NCBI GenBank assembly: GCA_964016885.1
Contig: OZ024743.1
Coordinates: forward strand, 322,276,001 to 322,340,000
Source of the DNA: Eledone cirrhosa
Lineage: Eukaryota
Direction: 5' to 3'
DNA: 64,000 nucleotides
Within the stretch, counting starts at the first letter, position 1, and each line of letters starts with the position of its first letter. The notes under the pieces were generated by a model, which worked only from the letters and a program-made list of their open reading frames with translations, searched no databases and was not told the DNA's origin. The position numbers and the translations under genes were made by a program. Below are positions 13,501 through 26,200 of the stretch, in pieces.

Positions 13501-16500
13501 ACACTTACCCACCTCTATCTGGGTCCTTAACTTGGAGCTACAGTAATATACACTTACCCACTTCGATCTGGGTCCTTAACTTGGAGCTAGAGTAAAAGAC
13601 ACTTACACAACCTCGATCTGGGTCCTTAACTTGGAGCTACAGTAAAACACACTTACCCACCTTGATCTGTGTCCTTCACTTTGTGCTACGGTAAAAGAAA
13701 CTTACCCACCTTGCTCTGTGTTCTTAACTTGGAGCTTCAATAAAAGACACTTACCCGCCTCGATCTGGGTCCTTAACTTGGAGCTACAGTAAAAGACACT
13801 TACCCACCTCGATCTGTGTCCTTAACTTGGAGCTACAGTAAAACACACTTACCCACCTTGATCTGTGTCCTTCACTTGGTGCTACGGTAAAAGAAACTTA
13901 CCCACCTTACTCTGTGTTGTTAAGTTGGAGCTACAGTAAAAGACACTTACCCACCTCGATCTGGGTCCTTAACTTGGAGCTTCAGTAAAAGACACTAACC
14001 CACCTTGATCTGGGTCCTTAACTTGGACCTACAGTAAAAGACACGTAGACGCCTCGATCTGGGTACTTAACTTGGAGCTACAGTAAAAGACACTTACCCA
14101 CCTTGATCAGTGTCCTTAACTTGGAGCTACAGTAAAAGACACTTACCCACCTCGATCTGGGTCCTGAATTTGGAGCTACAGTAAAAGACACTTACCCACC
14201 TTAATTTGTGTCCTTAACTTGGAGCTTCAGTAAAACATACTTACCCACCTCGATCTGGGTCCTTAATTTGTAGCTACAGTAAAAGTCACTTAATCACCTC
14301 GATGTGGGTCCTTAACTTGGAGCTACAGTAAATCATACTTACCCACCTCGATCTGGGTCCTTAACTTGGAGCTACAGTAAAACACACTTACCGACCTCGA
14401 TCTGGGTCCTTAACTTAGAGCTACAGTAAAAGACACTTACCCACCTCGATCTGGGTCCTTCACTTGGAGCTAAAGGAAAACACACTTACCCACCTCTATT
14501 TGGGCCCTTGACTTATAGCTACACTAAAAGACACTTACCCACCTTGATCTGGGTCCTCAACTTGGAGCTACAGTAAAATACACTTACCCACCTTGATTTG
14601 GGTCCTTAACTTGGAGCTACAGTAAAACACCCTTACCCACATTGATCTGGGTACGTAACTTGGAGCTAGAGTAAAACACACTTACCCAACTCGATCTGGG
14701 TCGTTAACTAGGAACTACAGTAAAACATTATACCCACCTCGAACTGGGTCCTTAACTTGGAGCTACAGTAAAACACACTTACTCACCTCGATCTGGGTCC
14801 TTAACTTGGAGCTACAGTAAAAGACATTTACCCACCTCGATCTGGGTCCTTAACTTGGAGCTACGATAAAACACACTTACCCACCCCGATCTGGGTCCTT
14901 ACCTTGGAACTACAGTAAAACATATCACCCACCTCGATCTGGGTCATTAACTTGGAGCTACAGTAAAACACACTTACTCATCTCGATCTGGGACCTTAAC
15001 TTGGAGCTACAGTAAAAGACACTTACCCACCTCGATTTGGGTCCTTAACTTGGAGCTACAGTAAAAGACACTTACCCACGTCGATCTGGGGCCTTAACTT
15101 GGAGCTACGATAAAACACACTTTCCCACCTCGATCTGGGTCGTTAACTTGGAGCTACAGTAAAAGACATTTACCCACCTCAAAGTGCGCCCTTAACTTGG
15201 AGCTACAGTAAAAGACACTTACCCACCTCGATCTGCCTCCATAACTTGGAGCTACAGTAAAAGACACTTACCCACCATTATCTGGATTCTTAACTTGGAG
15301 CTACCGTAAAAGACACTTACCCACCTTGATCTGGGTCCTTAACTTGGAGCTACAGTAAAAGACACTTAACCACCTTGATCTAGGTCCTTAACTTGGAGCT
15401 ACAGTAAAAGACAACTACCCCCTCGATCTTGGTCTTTAACTTGGAGCTACAGTAAAACACACTTACGCACCTCGATCAGGGTCCTTAACTTGGAGGTAGA
15501 GTAAAACACACTTACCCAACTCAATCTTGGTCCTTAACTTGGATCTACAATAAAATGCACTTACCCACTACTATCTGGGTCCATAACCTGGAGCTACAGT
15601 AAAAGACACTTACCCACCTTGATCTGGGTCCTTAACTTGGAGCTACAGTATAAGACACTGACCCACCTCGATCTGGTTCCTTAACTTGGAGCTACAGTAA
15701 AACACACTTACCCACCTCGATCTGGGTCCTTAACTTGGAGCTAGAGTAAAACACACTTACCCACCTCGATCTGGGTACGTAACTTGGAGCTAGAGTAAAA
15801 CTCACTTACCCAACTCGATCTGGGTCCTTAACATGGAGATACAATAAAATGCACTTACCCACTACTATCTGGGTCCATAACTTGGAGCTACAGTAAAAGA
15901 CACTTACCCACCTTGATCTGGGTCCTTAACTTGGAGCTACAGTAAAAGACACTTACCCACCTTGATCTGGGTCCTTAACTTGGAGCTAGAGTAAAACACT
16001 TACCCACCTCGATCTGGTTCCCTAACTTGGAGTTACAGTAAAACAAACTTACCCACCTGGATCTGGGTCCTTAATTTGGAGCTACAGTAAAAGACACTTT
16101 CCCACATCAATCTGGGTCCTTAAATTAGAGCTACAATAAAACACACTTAGCCTCCTCGATCAGAGTCCTTAACTTGGAGCTACAGTAAAAGTTACTTAAC
16201 CACCTCGATCTGGGTCCTTAACTTGGAGCTACAGTAAAACACACTTACCCACCATTATCCGGGTCCTTAACTTGGAGCTACAGTAAAACATACTTACCCA
16301 CATCGATCTGGGTCCTTAACTTGGAGCTACAGTAAAAGACACTTACCCACCTTGATCTTGGTCCTTAACTTGGAGCTACAGTGGAACACACTTACCCACC
16401 TCGAATTGGGTCCTTAACTTGGAGCTATAATAAAACACACTTACCGACCTCGATCTGGGTCCTTACCTTGGAGCTACAGTAAAACACACTTACCCAACTT

Positions 16501-19500
16501 TATCTGGCTCCTTAACGTGGAGCTACAGTAAAACACACTTACCCACCTCGAATTGGGTCCTTAACTTGGAGCTATAATAAAACACACTTACCCACATCGA
16601 TCTGGGTCCTTAACTTGGAGCTACAGTAAAACACACTTACCCAACTTTATCTGGCTCCTTAACGTGGAGCTACAGTAAAACACACTTACCCACCTCGAAT
16701 TGGTTCCTTAACTTGGAGCTATAATAAAACACACTTACCCACCTAGATCTACGTCCTTAACTTGGAGCTACAGTAAAACACACTTACCCACCATTATCCG
16801 GGTCCTTAAATTGGAGCTACATTAAAACACACTTACCCACTTTGATCTGGGTCCTTAACTTGGAGCTACAGTAAAACACACTTACCCACCTTGATCTGGG
16901 TCCTTAACTTGAAGCTACAGTAAAACACACTTACCCACCTCGATCTCGGTCCTTAACTTGGAGCTACAGTAAAAGACACTTACCCACCTCGATCTGTGTT
17001 ATTAACTGGAGCTACAGTAATACATACCTACCCACCAGATCTGGGTCCTTAACTTGGAGCTACAGTAAAAGACACTTAACCTCCTCGATCTGGTTCCTTA
17101 ACTTGGAGCTACAATAAAACACACTTACCGACCTCGATCTGGGTCCTTAACTTGCAGCTATAATAAAACACACTTACCCACATTGATCTGGGTCCTTAAC
17201 TTGGATCTACAGTAAATCACACTTACCCACCTTGATCTGGGTTATTAACTGGAGCTACAGTAATACATAACTACCCACCAGATCTGGGTCCTTAAATTGG
17301 AGCTACAGTAAAAGTCACTTAACCACCTCGATCTGGTTCCTTAACTTGGAGTTACAATAAAACACACTTACCCACCTCGATCTGGGTCCTTACCTTGGAG
17401 CTACAGTAAAAGACACTTACCCACTTCGATCTGAGTCCTTAACTTGGAGCTACAGTAAAAGTAACTTACCCACCTGAATTGGTTCCTTAACTTGGAGCTA
17501 CAGTAAAACACACTTACCCACCTTGATCTGGGTCCTTAACATGGAGTTACAGTAAAAGACACTTTACCCACCTCGATCTGGGTGCTTAACTTGGAGCTAC
17601 AGTAAACCACACTTAGCCACCTTGATCTGGGTCCTTAACTTGGAGCTACAGTAAAACAAACTTACCCACCTGGATCTGGGTCCTTAAATTGGAGCTACAG
17701 TAAAATACACTTACCCACCTCGATCTGGGTCCTTAATTTGGAGTTACAGTAAAAGACACTTACCCACCTAGATCTGGGTCCTTAACTTGGAGCTACACTA
17801 AAACACACTTACCCATCTCAATTTGGGTCCTTAACCTGGAGCTACAGTAAAAGACACTTACCCACATCTATCTGGGTCCTTAACTTGGAGGTACGATAAA
17901 ACAGACTTACGCACCTTTATCTGGGTCATTAACTTGGAGCTAGAGTAAAAGACACTTACCCACCTTGATTTGGGTCCTTAACTTGGAGCTACAGTCAAAC
18001 AGACTTACCCATATGAACTGGGTCCTTAACTTGGAGCTACAGTAAAACACACTTAGACACCTCGATCTTGGTCCTTAACTTGGAGTTACAATAAAACACA
18101 CTTACCCACCTCGATCTGGGTCCTTAACTTGGAACTACAGTAAAAGACACTTACCCACCTCGATCTGGGTCCTTAACTTGGACCTACAGAAAAACACACT
18201 TTCCCACCTCAATCTGGGTCCTTAACTCGGAGCTACAGTAAAACACACTACCCACCTCTATCTGGGTCCTTAACTTTGAGCTACAGTAAAACACATTTAC
18301 CCACCTCAATCTGGGTCCTTAACTTGGAGCTACAGTAAAAGACACTTACCCACCTCGATCTGGGTCCTTAACTTGGAGCTACAGTAAAACACACTTACCC
18401 ATATCGATCTGGTTCCTTAACTTGGAGCTACAGTAGAAGACACTTACCCTCCTCTATCTGGGTCCTTAACTTGGAGCTACAGTAAAAGACACTTACCCAC
18501 CTCGATCTGGGTCCTTAACTTGTAGACACAGTAAAACACACTTACCGACCTCGATCTGGGTCCTTAACTTGGAGCTACAGTAAAACACACTTACCCACTT
18601 CGATCTGGGTCCTTAACTTGGAGCTACAGTAAAAGACACTTACCCAGCTCGATCTGGGTCCTTAACTTGGAGTTACAGTAAACAAACTTACCCACCTCGA
18701 ACTGGGTCCTTAACTTGGAGCTACAGTCAAAGACACATACCCACCGAGTTCTGGGTCCTTAACATGGAGCTACAGTAAAATACACTTACCCACCTTGATC
18801 TGGGTCCTTTAGTAGGAGCTGCAGTAAAACACACTTATCCACCTCGATCTGGGTCCTTAACTTGGAACTACAGTAAAACATATTACCCACCTCGATCTGG
18901 GTCCTTGACTTAGTGCTACAGTAAAACACACTTACCCACCTTGATCTGGGTCCTTAACTGGGAGCTACAGTAAAACGCGCTTACCCACCTCGATCTGGTT
19001 CCTTAACTTGGATCTACAGTCAACACACTTACCCACCTCGATCTGGGTCCTTAATTTGGTGCTATAGTAAAAGACACTACCCACCTCATTCTGGGTCCTT
19101 AACTTGGAACTACAGAAAAGACACTTACCTACCTTGATCTTGGTCCTTAACTGGAAGCCACAGTAAAACACACTTACCCACCTTGATCTGGGTCCTTAAC
19201 TTGTAGCTACAGTAAAACACACTTATCCACCTCGATCTGAGTCATTAACTTGGAGCTACAGTAAAAGACACTTACCCACATCGATCTGGGTCTTTAACTT
19301 GAAGCGACAGTAAAACACACTTACCCACCTCTATCTGGGTCCTTAACTTGGAGCTACAGTAATATACACTTACCCACTTCGATCTGGGTCCTTAACTTGG
19401 AGCTAGAGTAAAAGACACTTACACAACCTCGATCTGGGTCCTTAACTTGGAGCTACAGTAAAACACACTTACCCACCTTGATCTGTGTCCTTCACTTTGT

Positions 19501-21819
19501 GCTACGGTAAAAGAAACTTACCCACCTTGCTCTGTGTTCTTAACTTGGAGCTTCAATAAAAGACACTTACCCGCCTCGATCTGGGTCCTTAACTTGGAGC
19601 TACAGTAAAAGACACTTACCCACCTCGATCTGTGTCCTTAACTTGGAGCTACAGTAAAACACACTTACCCACCTTGATCTGTGTCCTTCACTTGGTGCTA
19701 CGGTAAAAGAAACTTACCCACCTTACTCTGTGTTGTTAAGTTGGAGCTACAGTAAAAGACACTTACCCACCTCGATCTGGGTCCTTAACTTGGAGCTTCA
19801 GTAAAAGACACTAACCCACCTTGATCTGGGTCCTTAACTTGGACCTACAGTAAAAGACACGTAGACGCCTCGATCTGGGTACTTAACTTGGAGCTACAGT
19901 AAAAGACACTTACCCACCTTGATCAGTGTCCTTAACTTGGAGCTACAGTAAAAGACACTTACCCACCTCGATCTGGGTCCTGAATTTGGAGCTACAGTAA
20001 AAGACACTTACCCACCTTAATTTGTGTCCTTAACTTGGAGCTTCAGTAAAACATACTTACCCACCTCGATCTGGGTCCTTAATTTGTAGCTACAGTAAAA
20101 GTCACTTAATCACCTCGATGTGGGTCCTTAACTTGGAGCTACAGTAAATCATACTTACCCACCTCGATCTGGGTCCTTAACTTGGAGCTACAGTAAAACA
20201 CACTTACCGACCTCGATCTGGGTCCTTAACTTAGAGCTACAGTAAAAGACACTTACCCACCTCGATCTGGGTCCTTCACTTGGAGCTAAAGGAAAACACA
20301 CTTACCCACCTCTATTTGGGCCCTTGACTTATAGCTACACTAAAAGACACTTACCCACCTTGATCTGGGTCCTCAACTTGGAGCTACAGTAAAATACACT
20401 TACCCACCTTGATTTGGGTCCTTAACTTGGAGCTACAGTAAAACACCCTTACCCACATTGATCTGGGTACGTAACTTGGAGCTAGAGTAAAACACACTTA
20501 CCCAACTCGATCTGGGTCGTTAACTAGGAACTACAGTAAAACATTATACCCACCTCGAACTGGGTCCTTAACTTGGAGCTACAGTAAAACACACTTACTC
20601 ACCTCGATCTGGGTCCTTAACTTGTAGCTACAGTAAAAGACATTTACCCACCTCGATCTGGGTCCTTAACTTGGAGCTACGATAAAACACACTTACCCAC
20701 CCCGATCTGGGTCCTTACCTTGGAACTACAGTAAAACATATCACCCACCTCGATCTGGGTCATTAACTTGGAGCTACAGTAAAACACACTTACTCATCTC
20801 GATCTGGGACCTTAACTTGGAGCTACAGTAAAAGACACTTACCCACCTCGATTTGGGTCCTTAACTTGGAGCTACAGTAAAAGACACTTACCCACGTCGA
20901 TCTGGGGCCTTAACTTGGAGCTACGATAAAACACACTTTCCCACCTCGATCTGGGTCGTTAACTTGGAGCTACAGTAAAAGACATTTACCCACCTCAAAG
21001 TGCGCCCTTAACTTGGAGCTACAGTAAAAGACACTTACCCACCTCGATCTGCCTCCATAACTTGGAGCTACAGTAAAAGACACTTACCCACCATTATCTG
21101 GATTCTTAACTTGGAGCTACCGTAAAAGACACTTACCCACCTTGATCTGGGTCCTTAACTTGGAGCTACAGTAAAAGACACTTAACCACCTTGATCTAGG
21201 TCCTTAACTTGGAGCTACAGTAAAAGACAACTACCCCCTCGATCTTGGTCTTTAACTTGGAGCTACAGTAAAACACACTTACGCACCTCGATCAGGGTCC
21301 TTAACTTGGAGGTAGAGTAAAACACACTTACCCAACTCAATCTTGGTCCTTAACTTGGATCTACAATAAAATGCACTTACCCACTACTATCTGGGTCCAT
21401 AACCTGGAGCTACAGTAAAAGACACTTACCCACCTTGATCTGGGTCCTTAACTTGGAGCTACAGTATAAGACACTGACCCACCTCGATCTGGTTCCTTAA
21501 CTTGGAGCTACAGTAAAACACACTTACCCACCTCGATCTGGGTCCTTAACTTGGAGCTAGAGTAAAACACACTTACCCACCTCGATCTGGGTACGTAACT
21601 TGGAGCTAGAGTAAAACTCACTTACCCAACTCGATCTGGGTCCTTAACATGGAGATACAATAAAATGCACTTACCCACTACTATCTGGGTCCATAACTTG
21701 GAGCTACAGTAAAAGACACTTACCCACCTTGATCTGGGTCCTTAACTTGGAGCTACAGTAAAAGACACTTACCCACCTTGATCTGGGTCCTTAACTTGGA
21801 GCTAGAGTAAAACACTTAC
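10236..21819. repeat. Higher-order tandem duplication D2: copy A about 10236-16003 (5768 bp), copy B about 16004-21819 (5816 bp)
   Basis: gatctggttccctaac at 10243/16011 (offset 5768). The identical 68-aa pseudo-ORFs sit at 13149/18965 (offset 5816), and gtaaaacacttac ends at 16003/21819. The 48-bp offset change equals one extra monomer near 17190-17240 minus a 1-bp deletion near 17475. Confidence 0.93.
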
Positions 21820-23299
21820 TCACCTTGATCTGGGACCTCCACTTGGAGTTACAGTAAAAGACACTTACCCAACTTGATCTGGGTCCTTAACTTGGAGCTA
21901 CAGTAAAACACCCTTACCAACATTGATCTGGGTACGTAACTTGGAGCTAGAGTAAAACACACTTACCCAACTCGATCTGGGTCCTTAACTTGGAGCTACA
22001 ATAAAATGCACTTACCCACTACTATCTGGGTCCATAACTTGGAGCTATAGTAAAAGACACTTAGCCACCTCGATCTGGGTCCTTAACTTGGAGCTACAGT
22101 AAAAGACACTTACCCACCTTGATCTGGGTCCTTAACTTGGAGCTAGAGTAAAACACTTACTCACCTCGATCTGGGTCCTTAACCTGGAGCTACAGTAAAA
22201 GAGAGTTACCCACCTCGATCTGGGTCATTAACTTGGAGCTACAGTAAAACACACTTACCCACCTCGATCTGGGTCCTTAACTTGGAGCTAGAGTAAAACA
22301 CACTTACCCACCTCGATCTGGGTCCTTAACTTGGAGCTACAGTAAAAGACACTTACCCACCTAGTCTGGGTCCTTAACTTGGAGCTACAGTAAAACACAC
22401 TTACCCACCTTGATCTGGGTCCTTAACTTGGAGCTACAGTAAAAGACACTTACCCACCTCGTCTGGGTCCTTAACATGGAGCTACAGTAAAAGACACTTA
22501 CCCACCTCGATCTGGGTCCTTAACTTGGAGCTACGATAAAACACACTTACCCACCTCGATCAGGGTCGTTAACTTGGAACTACAGTAAAACATATTACCC
22601 ACCTCGAACAGGGTCCTTAACTTGGAGCTACAGTAAAACACACTTACTCACCTCGATCTGGGTCCTTAACTTGGAGCTACAGTAAAAGACACGTACCCAC
22701 CTCGAACTGGGTCCTTAACTTGGAGCTACAGTAAAAGACACTTACCCACCTTGATCTGGGTCCTTAACTTGGAGCTACAGTAAAAGACACTTACCCACCT
22801 CGCTCTGGGTCCTTAACTTGGAGCTAAAGTAAAACACCCTTACCCACATTAATCTGGGTACGTAACTTGGAACTACAGTAAAACATATTACCCACCTTGA
22901 TCTGGGTCCTTAACATGGAGCTACAGTAAAACACACTTACCCCCCTCGATCTGGGTCCTTAACTCGGAGCTAGAGTAAAACACACTTTCCCACCGCGATC
23001 TGGGTCCTTAACTTGGAGCTACGATAAAACACACTTACCCACCTCTATCTGGGTCGTTAACTTGGAACTACAGTAAAACATATTACCCACATCGAACTGC
23101 GTCCTTAACTTGGAGCTACAGTAAAACATCCTTACCCACATTGATCTGGGTACGTAACTTGGAACTACAGTAAAACATATTACCCACATCGATCTGGGTC
23201 CTTAAATTGGAGCTACAGTAAAAGACACTTACCCACCTCGATCTGGGTCCTTAACTTGGAGCTACGATAAAACACACTTACCCACCTCGATCTGGGTCC

Positions 23300-26200
23300 T
23301 TAACTTGGAACTACAGTAAAGCACATTACCCACCTTGATCCGGGTCCTTAACTACGAGCTACAATAAAAGAGACTTACCCATTTTGATCTGGCTACTTTA
23401 TTTGGTGCTAAAGTAAAACACACTTACCCACCTTGATCTGGGTACGTAACTTGGAACTACAGTAAAATATATTACCCACCTCGATCTGGGTCCTTAAATT
23501 GGAGCTACAGTAAAAGACACTTACCCACCTCGGTCTGGGACCTTAACTTGGAGCTACAGTAAAACACACTCACCCACCTTGATCTGGGTCCTTAACTTGG
23601 AGCTACAGTAAAGACACTACCCACCTCGATCTGGGTCCTTTACATGGAGCTACAGTAAAAGACACTTACCCACCATTATCTGGTTCCTTAACTTGAGCTA
23701 CAGTAAAACACACTTACCCACCTCGATCTGGGTCCTTAACTTGGAGCTACAGTAAAACACACTTACCCAAATCGATCTTGGTCCTTAACTTGGATCTACG
23801 ATAAAATGCACTTACCCACTTGTATCTGGGTCCATAATATGGAGCTACAGTAAAAGACACTTACCCACCTTGATCTGGGTCCTTAACTTGGAGCTACAGT
23901 ATAAGACACTTACCCACCTCGATCTGGTTCCTTAACTTGGAGCTACAGTAAAACACACTTACCCACCTCGATCTGGGTCCTTAACTTGGAGCTAGAGTAA
24001 AACACACTTACCCACCTCGATCTGGGTCCTTAACTTGGAGCTACAGTAAAAGACACTTACCCACCTCGTCTGGGTCCTTAACTTGGAGCTACAGTAAAAC
24101 ACACTTACCCACCTTGATCTGGGTCCTTAACTTGGAGCTAGAGTAAAAGTCAGTTACCCACCTCGATCTGGGTCCTTAACTTCGATCTACGATAAAACAC
24201 ACTTACCCACCTCGATCTGGGTCCTTAACTTGGAACTACAGTAAAACATATTACCCACCCTGATCTGGGTCCTTAACTTGGAGCTACTGTAAAACACACT
24301 TACTCATCTCGATCTGGGTCCTTAACTTGGAGCTACAGTAAAAGACACTTACCCACCTCGTCTGGGTCCTTAAATTGGAGCTACAGTAAAAGACACTTAC
24401 CCACCTCGATCTGGGTCCTTAACTTGGAGCTACAGTAAAACACCCTTACCCACATTGATCTGGGTACGTAACTTGGAACTACAGTAAAACATATTACCCA
24501 CCTTGATCTGGGTCCTTAACTTGGAGCTACAGTAAAACACACTTACCCACCTCGATCTGGGTCCTTAACTCGGAGCTAGAGTAAAACACACTTTCCCACC
24601 GCGATCTGGGTCCTTAACTTGGAGCTACGATAAAACACACTTACCCACCTCTATCTGGGTCGTTAACTTGGAACTACAGTAAAACATATTACCCACATCG
24701 AACTGCGTCCTTAACTTGGAGCTACAGTAAAACATCCTTACCCACATTGATCTGGGTACGTAACTTGGAACTACAGTAAAACATATTACCCACATCGATC
24801 TGGGTCCTTAAATTGGAGCTACAGTAAAAGACATTTACCCACCTTGATCTGGGTCCTTAACTTCGAGCTACGATAAAACACACTTACCCACATCGATCTG
24901 GGTCCTTAACTTGGAACTACAGTAAAGCACATTACCCACCTTGATCCGGGTCCTTAACTACGAGCTACAATAAAAGAGACTTACCCATTTTGATCTGGCT
25001 ACTTTACTTGGTGGTAAAGTAAAACACACTTACCCACCTTGATCTGGGTACGTAACTTGGAACTACAGTAAAACATATTACCCACCTCGATCTGGGTCCT
25101 TAAATTGGAGCTACAGTAAAAGACACTTACCCACCTCGATCTGGGACCTTAACTTGGACCTACAGTAAAACACACTCACCCACCTTGATCTGGGTCCTTA
25201 ACTTGGAACTACAGTAAAGACACTACCCACCTCGATCTGGGTCCTTTACATGGAGCTACAGTAAAAGACACTTACCCACCATTATCTGGTTCCTTAACTT
25301 GGAGCTACAGTAAAACACACTTACCCACCTCGATCTGGGTCCTTAATTTGGAGCTAGAGTAAAAGACACTTACCCTCCTCGTCTGTGTCCTTAACTTGGA
25401 GCTACAGTAAAACACACTTACCAACCTCGATCTGGGTCCTTAACTTGGAACTACAGTAAAACATATTATCCACCTCGATCTGGGTCCTTAACTTGGAGCT
25501 ACTGTAAAACACACTTACTCATCTCGATCTGGGTCCTTAACTTGGAGCTACAGTAAAAGACACTTACCCACCTTGTCTGGGTCCTTAACTTGGAGCTACA
25601 GTAAAAGACACGTACCCACCTCGATCTGGGTCCTTAACTTGGAGCTACGATGAAACACACTTACCCACCACTATCTGGGTCGTTAACTTGGAACTACAGT
25701 AAAACATATTACCCACATCGAACTGCGTCCTTAACTTGGAGCTACAGTAAAACACACTTACTCACCTCGATCTGGGTCCTTAACTTGGAGCTACAGTAAA
25801 AGACACATACCCACCTCGATCTGGGTCCTTAACTTGGAGCTACAGTAAAAGACACTTACCCACCTTGATCTGGGTCCTTAACTTGGAGCTACACTAAAAG
25901 ACACTTACCCACCTCGCTCTGGGTCCTTAACTTGGAGCTACAGTAAAACACCCTTACCCACATTGATCTGGGTACGTAACTTGGAACTACAGTAAAACAT
26001 ATTACCCACCTTGATCTGGGTCCTTAACATGGAGGTACAATAAAACACACTTACCCACCTTGATCTGGGTCCTTAACATGGGGCTACAGTAAAACACACT
26101 TACCCACCTCGATCTGGGTCCTTAACTTGGAGCTAGAGTAAAGACACTTACCCACCGCGATCTGGGTCCTTAACTTGGAGCTACGATAAAACACACTTAC

